DNA of 32,000 bases from Kastovskya adunca ATA6-11-RM4 (GTDB lineage Bacteria; Cyanobacteriota; Cyanobacteriia; Cyanobacteriales; Coleofasciculaceae): positions 303,334-335,333 of the forward strand of contig JAHHHJ010000001.1 in NCBI GenBank assembly GCA_019359445.1, given 5' to 3'. Under the pieces are notes generated by a model that was not told the origin of the DNA, ran no database searches, and saw only the letters and a list, made by a program, of their open reading frames with translations. Positions 10,380 to 18,538 of this stretch are shown one piece after another. The translations under genes were made by a program, and so were the position numbers. Position 1 is the first letter of the stretch. Every line of letters begins with the position of its first letter.

Positions 10380-13106
10380 CTAGGAAGCTTGCCGCAGCAA
10401 AAAAAGCTGCGTAGCGTCAGCCTCACTGAGGGGACGGCTGAATAGGTAGCCTTGCATCTGATCGCATCCCACTGACTTTAAAAACGCTAACTGTTCTTTT
10501 GTTTCCACACCTTCGGCGACAACGGCTAAATTTAACCCCCGCCCTAGGGCGACAACAGCGGTAATGATGGCTGCATCGTGGGAATCTGTTGGTAAGTCCT
10601 GAACGAAGGAGCGATCGATTTTGAGTTTGTCGAGGGGGAAGTGTTTGAGGGACGACAAAGAAGAGTAGCCCGTACCAAAATCATCCATGGCAATTTGAAT
10701 GCCCATTTCCCGGAGCGATCGCAAAACAGAAATGGTTAAAGGAACATCTTGCATGGCAATGCTTTCGGTGATTTCCAGCTCTAGGTAATGAGGATCAAGC
10801 CCGGTAGAATTGAGAACCTGAGCGATGCTTTGGACTAAGTTTTTTTGCTGGAACTGACAAGCAGAAAGATTAACACCGACTCTCAAAGCAGGTAAGCCAA
10901 GCGATCGCCAGATGCGATTTTGGGTACAAGCGGTTTGGAGAACCCACTCACCAATCGCACCGATCAACCCCATTTCTTCTGCCATGGGAATAAATAAGTT
11001 AGGTGCAATCAACCCCCGCTCGCCGCACTGCCAGCGAATCAAGGCTTCCATCCCCACAATTTCACCCGTTTTAATATCGATTTGGGGCTGATAGTACAGC
11101 CGAAATTCTTCGCGTTCTAAGGCTTTATAGAGATTGTTTTCTAAAACTAAGCGCTCCTGTACCTTTGTCCCAATAGCTGGGGTATACAACTGGTAGTTAT
11201 TGCGCCCTTTTTGCTTGGCGCGGTACATCGCCGCATCGGCGTTCTTCAACAGCGTGTCAGCGTCTTTCCCATCCAGGGGAGCAAGAGCAATCCCCAGACT
11301 CGCTTTGATATACAATTCTTGGTTATCAAGCACCAATGGTGTATTGAGAGTATCGAGAATTGTTCTTGCCGTCGTTTCCACTTCATCTGTACTGTTAATC
11401 GGTGAGAGTAAAATTGTAAATTCATCTCCACCCCAACGAGCGATGGTGTCGGTCTGTCGCAAACCTTCCTGCAAGCGCTGCGCCACACTTTGCAACAGTT
11501 GGTCGCCCACCGCATGACCCAGGGTATCGTTGATCGTCTTAAAGCCATCCAAATCCAGAAATAGCACCGCCAGCATTTCTCTTTGCTGGTGCATTTGAGC
11601 TAGGGCGAGAGAGAGATGATCGTCAAAGAGTAACCGATTGGATAAACCTGTCAATCGGTCATGGGAAGCTTGATGGCGAATTGTGTCTTCAACCCGCCGT
11701 TGCATAATCGCCATATAAAGGTGAATGCCTAGCACTTGGGCGAGTTTGATGTCTTCAACTGTCCAGGGTAGGGATTGACCTTTGATGATTTCTCTCCACG
11801 CGTTGAAAGAGGCGCGGGGACGGTAGTTGCGTTGATCTCGATCGACACGCCCCGCCCACAAAGTTTCTGTTTCTATCTCATCGCGAAAGATCGTTAGGCA
11901 CCCTACGCACTGCTGATGGTAGTGCAGAGGGACGACAAGCATTGAGCGGATCGCTGTTGTCTCAAAACCTGAAATTAAGCTTTGTAATTTTGGCTCTTTG
12001 TAAAGATCGTCAATGCTATAGAGTTGCGGCACTAAGTAGTTGTTATGGGGTTCCTGCTCGCTGCTTGCTACCAAAGAGCTATAGTGTGACAAGCCGAGAG
12101 GTAGTGTCGCCGATTTTTGGGGAAGATTATATTCCTGGAAGATAGGCATCGGGTGCTCCCGCGCTAACTCCCAGGTATGCCAATGTGCTGTACTGGAATG
12201 CCCGGCAACGCCATTATCCGCTATAGCTGCAGCGTCTAAGTTAATAATTATTTGTTTCCATAACGGATCTTCTTCAATCCAGGGGATTGTTGGCTGTTCG
12301 CCGCAGGTATAAAGGCGAGAGGCTTGATGGGTGGGTTCTGGTGTAATGTATAGGCGTCCGCCAGAGCCTTTGAGAGCTTTGACTGTGTCTTCTAGAACGC
12401 TCTGACGAATGGCTCCGACGTTGAGCGGAGAGTGGAGTAAGCTGCTGATTTGGTTAAGGGTGGCTTCATGGTGAGCTTGTTGTCTGGCACGTTGGAGCAG
12501 ATTGGATTGGGCGATCGCAATCGATAATTGATCCACGAGCAATTGCACAATTTGCAAGTCTCGCTCGCTAAATCGTTGTCGCGCCCCATGATGACAGACT
12601 AACAATCCCCACAGATTGTTTTGATGCAGAATTGGCACGCTCAGTGAAGAACGCACCCCCATTGTCGTCAAGTATTCAATATGGCAAGGATCGACAGGAG
12701 CATAGCGAATGTCTTGATGAACTAGCCTTTTCCCCGTGACTGGGCAATCTAAGTGCTCTTGAATTTGTTGTTGTGAAAGCACATCAACAATCACTCGTTG
12801 ACGGGCTTTGATAAAGAGTTCGCGAGCATGGGTTGGAATATCTTCAGCGGGAAACCGCAGCCCTAGCAAAGAGGGAAGGCGATTGTCCCGAATAGATTCA
12901 GCAATCACTTCGCCACTGTCATCAGCAGCAAATTGGTAGATTTTGACGCGATCTACCCCTAAAAAGGCACGGATTTCTTGTACAGTGGTCGTCAAAATCT
13001 CTTGCAGCTCCAAAGAGCAGCGGATTTTAGTAGAAATGCGGTTAAGCAAATCTTCTCGCTCCAGGACTTGCTCCCGGAGAAGAACCTTTTTTCGACGAGC
13101 CATCAC
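10380..13106 (-). CDS. GAF-GAF-GGDEF-EAL c-di-GMP turnover protein
   Basis: Two GAF-like regions (LWGLLVCHH and QQCVGCLTIFRD). GGDEF domain with RWGGDEFTILL and an RQTD I-site. EAL domain with MEALIRW, DDFGTGYSSL, KIDRSF, EGVET and QGYLFSRP. Confidence 0.92.
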   Translation of the reverse strand: MMARRKKVLLREQVLEREDLLNRISTKIRCSLELQEILTTTVQEIRAFLGVDRVKIYQFAADDSGEVIAESIRDNRLPSLLGLRFPAEDIPTHARELFIKARQRVIVDVLSQQQIQEHLDCPVTGKRLVHQDIRYAPVDPCHIEYLTTMGVRSSLSVPILHQNNLWGLLVCHHGARQRFSERDLQIVQLLVDQLSIAIAQSNLLQRARQQAHHEATLNQISSLLHSPLNVGAIRQSVLEDTVKALKGSGGRLYITPEPTHQASRLYTCGEQPTIPWIEEDPLWKQIIINLDAAAIADNGVAGHSSTAHWHTWELAREHPMPIFQEYNLPQKSATLPLGLSHYSSLVASSEQEPHNNYLVPQLYSIDDLYKEPKLQSLISGFETTAIRSMLVVPLHYHQQCVGCLTIFRDEIETETLWAGRVDRDQRNYRPRASFNAWREIIKGQSLPWTVEDIKLAQVLGIHLYMAIMQRRVEDTIRHQASHDRLTGLSNRLLFDDHLSLALAQMHQQREMLAVLFLDLDGFKTINDTLGHAVGDQLLQSVAQRLQEGLRQTDTIARWGGDEFTILLSPINSTDEVETTARTILDTLNTPLVLDNQELYIKASLGIALAPLDGKDADTLLKNADAAMYRAKQKGRNNYQLYTPAIGTKVQERLVLENNLYKALEREEFRLYYQPQIDIKTGEIVGMEALIRWQCGERGLIAPNLFIPMAEEMGLIGAIGEWVLQTACTQNRIWRSLGLPALRVGVNLSACQFQQKNLVQSIAQVLNSTGLDPHYLELEITESIAMQDVPLTISVLRSLREMGIQIAMDDFGTGYSSLSSLKHFPLDKLKIDRSFVQDLPTDSHDAAIITAVVALGRGLNLAVVAEGVETKEQLAFLKSVGCDQMQGYLFSRPLSEADATQLFLLRQAS

Positions 13107-13174
13107 GTTACTCCCAGCCCAAATGACCGTATAAAATTTGCCGCACTATCTGCCCTCAGCGCCACAGCGCAGAA

Positions 13175-14614
13175 GTGATAGTCTACGATCCTAGATTAGA
13201 CGGGTTAATTACGCTTAACCTCGGCATTCTTGCGAGTTTATTAGTTTTTTTACAAAAATTTATGCTGAATAACATAGGTATTAGTTCAGATTCAGGAGCA
13301 AAATCAACGGATGCGATCGCGCCCATTCTCGCACCTCTACTCGGTGAGGGGGGATTCTGCTTGTGGGATCTTAGTGCCGAAACGCGATCGCCAATTACTC
13401 AAGCGTTGGGAACTAATCCCTCTCTTAGCGGCATCGCCTACCCCTGTACTGTTGCTGAACTTGCCGATATTATCACCCACAGCGATCGCCATGGGTGGGG
13501 TATCCTCCCCTATGGCAGTGGTAGTAAGCTAAATTGGGGCGGAATCGGAAAAAATATTCAGCTGGCGATCAGCACCCAACGCCTCAACCAAATTGTTGAC
13601 CATGCGGTTGGAGATCTAACCGTTACCGTGGAAGCCGGAGTGAAATTCAGCGATTTGCAAGCCACTCTCGCCCCGACCGGTCAGTTTCTCCCCCTCGATC
13701 CAGCCTATCCCCAAGAGGCGACGATTGGCGGCATCATTGCCACAGCAGATACGGGTTCATTGCGTCACCGCTATGGTGGGGTGCGGGACTTATTATTAGG
13801 AATTACTTTTGTCCGTGCTGATGGGCAAATTGCCAAAGCCGGGGGTAGGGTTGTCAAAAATGTAGCGGGTTACGACTTAATGAAGTTGTTTACCGGTTCC
13901 TATGGCAGCCTGGGGATACTAACAGAAGTCACCCTGCGGGTTTACCCCATCCCAGAAGCCTCAGGAACCGTTGTACTAACAGGAAGAGTAGAAGCGATCG
14001 CCAGTATCACCAAAACCCTCCTTGCTTCTTCCCTGACCCCCCACGCCGCCGATTTACTCTCTCCCGCCGTTGTCGCCCAGCTCGGTATTGGGGAAGGGAT
14101 GGGTTTATGCGTGCGTTTTCAAAGCATTACAGACAGCGTCAAACAACAAGCCGCCCAAACCCTGGAAATGGGAACGCAACTAGGCTTGCAAGGCAATCTC
14201 TACTTAGAAGATGACGCTCATCTATGGCAACGATTACCCGAACCAATCTTCGCCGCCTCCCATAAACCCGCAATTATTTGCAAAATAGGAGTATCCCTGA
14301 CTGCCGCGACTACTACTCTCACCCAGCTAGAAGCTCTCACATCTGGGCCGACAATCGGTTTAATTCACGCCGGGAGTGGATTAGGGCTATTGCGGCTTGA
14401 GCCAACAGTTAGTGCCGACACGATTTTACAAATGCGACAAATTTGTCAAGAACATAACGGTTTTCTCACGGTTTTGGAAGCTCCCATCTCCTTAAAGGAA
14501 CAATTAGATGTCTGGGGATACAGCGGCAACGCCTTAGAACTGATGCGGGGTATTAAACAAAAATTTGATCCGAAATCCCTTTTAAGTTCTCACCGCTTTG
14601 TAGGCGGTATCTAA
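13175..14614 (+). CDS. glcE: Glycolate oxidase FAD-binding subunit GlcE-like. The GTG start is doubtful; ATG at 13262 is more likely.
   Basis: FAD-binding PCMH-type pattern (ILPYGSGSKLNWGG and VVKNVAGYDLMKLFTGSYGSLGILTEVTLRVYP). It lies immediately upstream of glcF. Confidence 0.8.
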   Translation: MIVYDPRLDGLITLNLGILASLLVFLQKFMLNNIGISSDSGAKSTDAIAPILAPLLGEGGFCLWDLSAETRSPITQALGTNPSLSGIAYPCTVAELADIITHSDRHGWGILPYGSGSKLNWGGIGKNIQLAISTQRLNQIVDHAVGDLTVTVEAGVKFSDLQATLAPTGQFLPLDPAYPQEATIGGIIATADTGSLRHRYGGVRDLLLGITFVRADGQIAKAGGRVVKNVAGYDLMKLFTGSYGSLGILTEVTLRVYPIPEASGTVVLTGRVEAIASITKTLLASSLTPHAADLLSPAVVAQLGIGEGMGLCVRFQSITDSVKQQAAQTLEMGTQLGLQGNLYLEDDAHLWQRLPEPIFAASHKPAIICKIGVSLTAATTTLTQLEALTSGPTIGLIHAGSGLGLLRLEPTVSADTILQMRQICQEHNGFLTVLEAPISLKEQLDVWGYSGNALELMRGIKQKFDPKSLLSSHRFVGGI

Positions 14615-14651
14615 AAAACACTAAAGACCCATTAAAAAACTTTCGATTAAT

Positions 14652-16028
14652 ATGCAGACTTCTCCTCCCACGCCTAATTCTGTTCCTCCTCAAAATCATG
14701 CCCTTGAGGGAAAAGACTCATTCCCCTTCCCCACCTTTGACGCAGATTCTCCCCCCAATCCCAATCTCATCGACACTTGCGTCCATTGTGGCTTTTGTCT
14801 TGCCACCTGTCCGAGTTACCGTGTCATTGGCAAAGAAACCGATTCTCCCAGAGGTCGTATCTACTTAATGGACGCGGTAAATGAAGGAAAAATTCCCCTA
14901 TCTGATGCCACTGTGGAACACTTTGACACCTGCTTGGGGTGTCTTGCCTGCGTCACCGCCTGCCCTTCCGGGGTACAGTACGACAAGCTAATTGCCGCCA
15001 CTCGTCCGCAAGTTGAGCGCAACCATCGCCGCAGCTTACCCGATCGGCTTTACCGACAACTGATATTTTCTCTATTTCCCTACCCTAACCGCCTGCGAGT
15101 GCTGCTAGTCCCCTTGCTGTTCTACCAAAAACTTGGGATGCAGAAACTCGTCCGCGCTACGGGTTTACTAAAACGCCTCTCTCCCCGCTTGGCAGGTATG
15201 GAGGGGAATCTACCGACACTCACTCTCGATACCTTCCAGGAAAAACTCCCCGAAATCATTCCCGCCGAAGGTAAACAGCGCTATCGGGTGGGTGTGATTT
15301 TAGGCTGTGTGCAGCGATTATTTTTCTCTGGAATCAATGAAGCCACTGTGCGGGTACTGACTGCCAACGGTTGCCAAGTCGTCATTCCCCGAACGCAAGG
15401 CTGCTGTGCGGCACTGCCAGAACACCAAGGGCAACACGAACAAGCCCAAGCCTTAGCCAGACAGATGATTGATAGCTTTGAGGGCACAGGAGTTGATGCG
15501 GTGATTATCAATGCCGCAGGTTGCGGTCACACTCTAAAAGAATACGGTCATATTTTGGCAGATGACCCAGAGTATCGGGAAAAAGCCCAAGACTTTGCCG
15601 CCAAAGTTAAAGATGCCCAAGAGTTTTTGGCGGAGGTAGGACTGACGGCGAAGCTTTCACCCCTGACTGATGAACCCCTAACACTGGTTTATCAAGATGC
15701 CTGTCACCTCTTGCACGGACAAAAAATCAGCGTGCAACCGCGCCAACTCTTGCGGCAGATTCCCAACGTTAAGCTACGAGAACCCATTGATGCCGCATTA
15801 TGTTGTGGTAGTGCAGGGGTTTACAACATGCTGCAACCAGAAGTAGCCGATGAGTTAGGGCAGCAAAAAGTTGATAATCTCCTTGGTACTGGGGCGCAGT
15901 TAATCGCCTCTGCAAATCCAGGTTGTACTCTGCAAATTACTAAGCATTTGCGGCTACAAGGCAAGGAGGTGGCAATTAAGCACCCGATGGAGTTGTTGGA
16001 TTGCTCTACTCGCGGAGTGAAGCTTTAA
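14652..16028 (+). CDS. glcF: Glycolate oxidase iron-sulfur subunit GlcF
   Basis: Two ferredoxin-type motifs (CVHCGFCLATCP and CLGCLACVTACP). There are also two Cys-rich CCG-type regions (QGCCAALPE and ALCCGSAGVYN ... NPGCTLQ). Confidence 0.87.
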   Translation: MQTSPPTPNSVPPQNHALEGKDSFPFPTFDADSPPNPNLIDTCVHCGFCLATCPSYRVIGKETDSPRGRIYLMDAVNEGKIPLSDATVEHFDTCLGCLACVTACPSGVQYDKLIAATRPQVERNHRRSLPDRLYRQLIFSLFPYPNRLRVLLVPLLFYQKLGMQKLVRATGLLKRLSPRLAGMEGNLPTLTLDTFQEKLPEIIPAEGKQRYRVGVILGCVQRLFFSGINEATVRVLTANGCQVVIPRTQGCCAALPEHQGQHEQAQALARQMIDSFEGTGVDAVIINAAGCGHTLKEYGHILADDPEYREKAQDFAAKVKDAQEFLAEVGLTAKLSPLTDEPLTLVYQDACHLLHGQKISVQPRQLLRQIPNVKLREPIDAALCCGSAGVYNMLQPEVADELGQQKVDNLLGTGAQLIASANPGCTLQITKHLRLQGKEVAIKHPMELLDCSTRGVKL

Positions 16029-16146
16029 AAATTGTCAGGATTGAGTATCTAGCTTCACTCCGAATATATTGCTACAGATCAGATCTCTAACTTCTTAAAG
16101 AAGTCGCGGATCTCGCCTTCACGAATCATTGAGGATTGCGATATCT

Positions 16147-17358
16147 TCAAACAAATTGGTGAGTAAATTCACACATCAAATCAACTCTTCCTTTGCGGAG
16201 GATGGCTGGATCTAATCGTTCAGTAGTATTGCAAGTCATCAACACCACCAACTTCTGCCGCGCTTGAGTCTCTGCATCAACTATGCTTTGATGCAACGTT
16301 CCATCTAGCAAGCTGAGGATATGCTCAGTCTTACTATTGTGCTGGGCAGGGAGACTCGCGCGGTTTTGTGCCAAATTATCTGCTTCATTAATGATCAGGC
16401 AAACTCGCTCTAGATAACTGGGAGGAACAAAATTTTCAACGGCATCATGATCCAAGATAAAAATTACGTAACCTAAGGGTACAAGAATTTCTTTGGCTAC
16501 CGCTTGCGTCCATGCTGTTTTTCCAGTTCCGGGTTCTCCGCTGACTAATACCGCCAACTGCTCTTGTTCAAAAATTGCCTGTTGTACAGCATCTGTAAAG
16601 CTTTGAATATTAGCTGGAAACGAATGAATCGGAAATTGGCTCTTGACTTGCCCCACCCGGCTTTGATACCCACTGAGCATTAAGGCTAAGTTGTAGGTCG
16701 CTTTGCTAACTAGTGGTGCAATATCCTTAACCATCAAACTATAACGTCGCCGTCCTTGCTGCAAATTATCAATTTGCAGCCAAACTTGATGTTCTGACCA
16801 ATGGGCATAAACTGTGCCAACAACTTCCAAACGTTCCCACGTTGAAAAACGTTCTCGTGGGTAATAGAAACTACGCTCCATATAGTACTGATTAATTAAA
16901 TCGGGTTTGCCTAATAAATCTAGTACTTTGAAAATTGTAATTTCCTGAAATCGAGTCAGAACATAGTCAATAGGGATATTCTGGCGACTGACTAATTGCG
17001 TAACAGGTGTTTGTACCTCCAAAATATCTCCGTAGCGATGATCGGGGAACGGAGAATCAGGAGTAATATACGCCCAAAACTCATCTAGTTCGTAGCGGGT
17101 GTTTCCAGAGAAAACGCTCAATAAGTTTGCCCACCACGCATAGTGATTTCGACCGAGAGTATCAGCAAGATCGCTAGTGATGTCGAGAGTTTTCTGCATC
17201 AATTCTTGGGTGTCGTTGATAGCAAGATGGCAGAAAAATTCCCAATCAAGCTGCCGAGATAAAGGTCGCCATCCAGCTCCAAGTAGCCCTTTGTTCTGGG
17301 TATTGTTGCGTGCAGAATTATTACTTCCATAGCCGTTTTCGTAATAGTTTGAAGTCAT
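16147..17358 (-). CDS. Classical-clade AAA ATPase with an uncharacterised ~260-aa N-terminal domain
   Basis: Walker A GEPGTGKT. Walker B LIINEADN. Sensor-1 plus second region of homology reads LMTCNTTERLDPAILRKGRVD. The N-terminal 260 aa match no domain I recognise. Confidence 0.85.
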   Translation of the reverse strand: MTSNYYENGYGSNNSARNNTQNKGLLGAGWRPLSRQLDWEFFCHLAINDTQELMQKTLDITSDLADTLGRNHYAWWANLLSVFSGNTRYELDEFWAYITPDSPFPDHRYGDILEVQTPVTQLVSRQNIPIDYVLTRFQEITIFKVLDLLGKPDLINQYYMERSFYYPRERFSTWERLEVVGTVYAHWSEHQVWLQIDNLQQGRRRYSLMVKDIAPLVSKATYNLALMLSGYQSRVGQVKSQFPIHSFPANIQSFTDAVQQAIFEQEQLAVLVSGEPGTGKTAWTQAVAKEILVPLGYVIFILDHDAVENFVPPSYLERVCLIINEADNLAQNRASLPAQHNSKTEHILSLLDGTLHQSIVDAETQARQKLVVLMTCNTTERLDPAILRKGRVDLMCEFTHQFV

Positions 17359-17509
17359 GTTTTTTTTCTGGTATACTCCTGATATGCTGGCGCTATTTAT
17401 GTGCTATCTGTGATTAAGCTTGTTTTGAAGGGATGAGGAAACCACGCCAGGACAGGCATTTGAGCCGTTTAGGGCAAGAAGCGATCGCCTTCCCCAGCCT
17501 TCTTCCCCT

Positions 17510-18058
17510 TCACACTACGGACAAGTATTTTGGTGGCACCTCATCCACTAGCCAGACACCGTTTTCTGAACAGTAGAAGGTGTAATCCTCTTCGTGCATG
17601 AGGGCGGCATCTACCGCTAGCACCACCGGATGCCCATGTCTTGCTCCCACTTTCCGGGCGGTTGCCATATCGCTACTGAGGTGAACGTGGTGCCGCGACA
17701 TCTTACACAGCCCTTGTTTGAGAATTGCCTCAACTGCCCCGTGACCTGTGCCGTGATACAGCACGGGGAAAGGAACTACAGGCTCTAGTTGTAAATCCAC
17801 CTCGACGCTATGCCCTTGATTGGCACGGATCAGGGTACCTGTGGTGTCGAAGGAAAAGCGCTGTTTGTCATTCTTCGCAACGACTTCCATCAGCTGGTCA
17901 TGAGTCAGGGGAAAGTTGTATTTGGTACAGGCGGCGAGGAGGTCATCGACGGCAACCCAACCCCCAGGAGCCAGTTTTAAACCAATGCGCTCCGGCGAGT
18001 GCCGCAAATGCTTGCTGAGATATTTGCTGATTTTGACTAAGCCAGAGCGATTTATCAT
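17510..18058 (-). CDS. kptA: RNA 2'-phosphotransferase, Tpt1/KptA family
   Basis: 182 aa. SKYLSKHLRHSPERIGL, LIRANQGHS and SRHHVHLS supply the conserved Arg-His-Arg-Arg catalytic residues. Size and layout are typical of bacterial KptA. Confidence 0.85.
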   Translation of the reverse strand: MINRSGLVKISKYLSKHLRHSPERIGLKLAPGGWVAVDDLLAACTKYNFPLTHDQLMEVVAKNDKQRFSFDTTGTLIRANQGHSVEVDLQLEPVVPFPVLYHGTGHGAVEAILKQGLCKMSRHHVHLSSDMATARKVGARHGHPVVLAVDAALMHEEDYTFYCSENGVWLVDEVPPKYLSVV

Positions 18059-18230
18059 AGGGTTGAATGTTCCGAGTGCCTTCGCCGACCAGCGGGACTT
18101 GATCTTTGTTGAGGGCAGGGAAGCAAGGAATCAGGTTTTGCAAAGCACTACACCAAGAGTGGCGCTCCGTGACATTATAATAACGACCTTGAAACTGAAG
18201 GAAAATCAGGTTCGTACCTGATACAGCCAT
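17943..18230 (-). CDS. 95-aa ORF overlapping the kptA 5' end in another frame. It could be a small upstream gene, a frameshifted relic or a spurious ORF.
   Basis: ATG at 18230. The first ~57 codons are unique sequence upstream of kptA, and the last ~38 codons overlap kptA out of frame. No recognisable motif. Confidence 0.2.
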   Translation of the reverse strand: MAVSGTNLIFLQFQGRYYNVTERHSWCSALQNLIPCFPALNKDQVPLVGEGTRNIQPYDKSLWLSQNQQISQQAFAALAGAHWFKTGSWGLGCRR

Positions 18231-18538
18231 GACAAAACAAAGAGCTAACTTGAGCCGCTCTCTCTCTGTTTAAGTTCACTCTGAATTCACAGTAGAGATT
18301 TGCAACTTTGATTAACCCTGACGCTTTTATACTACATAAATACTACAATTGCGTCAAGAATCTGAGGGGAAGTTTTTGATTTTTAGGAAACTCTTGTAAG
18401 TCTTGCTCAACAGACATCTGAAGCGTTCTATCTATCTAATAACCAACAACCTTTGCCGCCGTACCTATCATTACACCCCTGAGGAGACAGAAGATTAATA
18501 CTGATTCCTACTACAACGAACCACTACCTGGGGTTGGC

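Noticed and set aside
11200-12589. Several 64-105-aa ORFs on both strands within the GAF-GGDEF-EAL gene
   Set aside because: All are nested in a 908-aa ORF whose domain motifs are continuous, so they are shadow ORFs.
13175-16028. Absence of glcD next to glcE-glcF as a possible pathway anomaly
   Set aside because: In E. coli the three genes form glcDEF, but in cyanobacteria the glycolate dehydrogenase subunit genes are commonly dispersed. Absence from a 32-kb window is therefore uninformative.
16081-16110. Small hairpin ACTTCT-TAA-AGAAGT between the convergent glcF and AAA genes as a terminator
   Set aside because: It has only a 6-bp AT-rich stem with a 3-nt loop and no flanking U-tract on either strand. 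This is too weak to call from sequence alone.
17725-18221. Plus-strand ORFs 17725..18018 and 17916..18221 opposite kptA
   Set aside because: They are antisense to a frame with the full Tpt1 catalytic motif set. They are Arg/Pro-rich and have no motifs.
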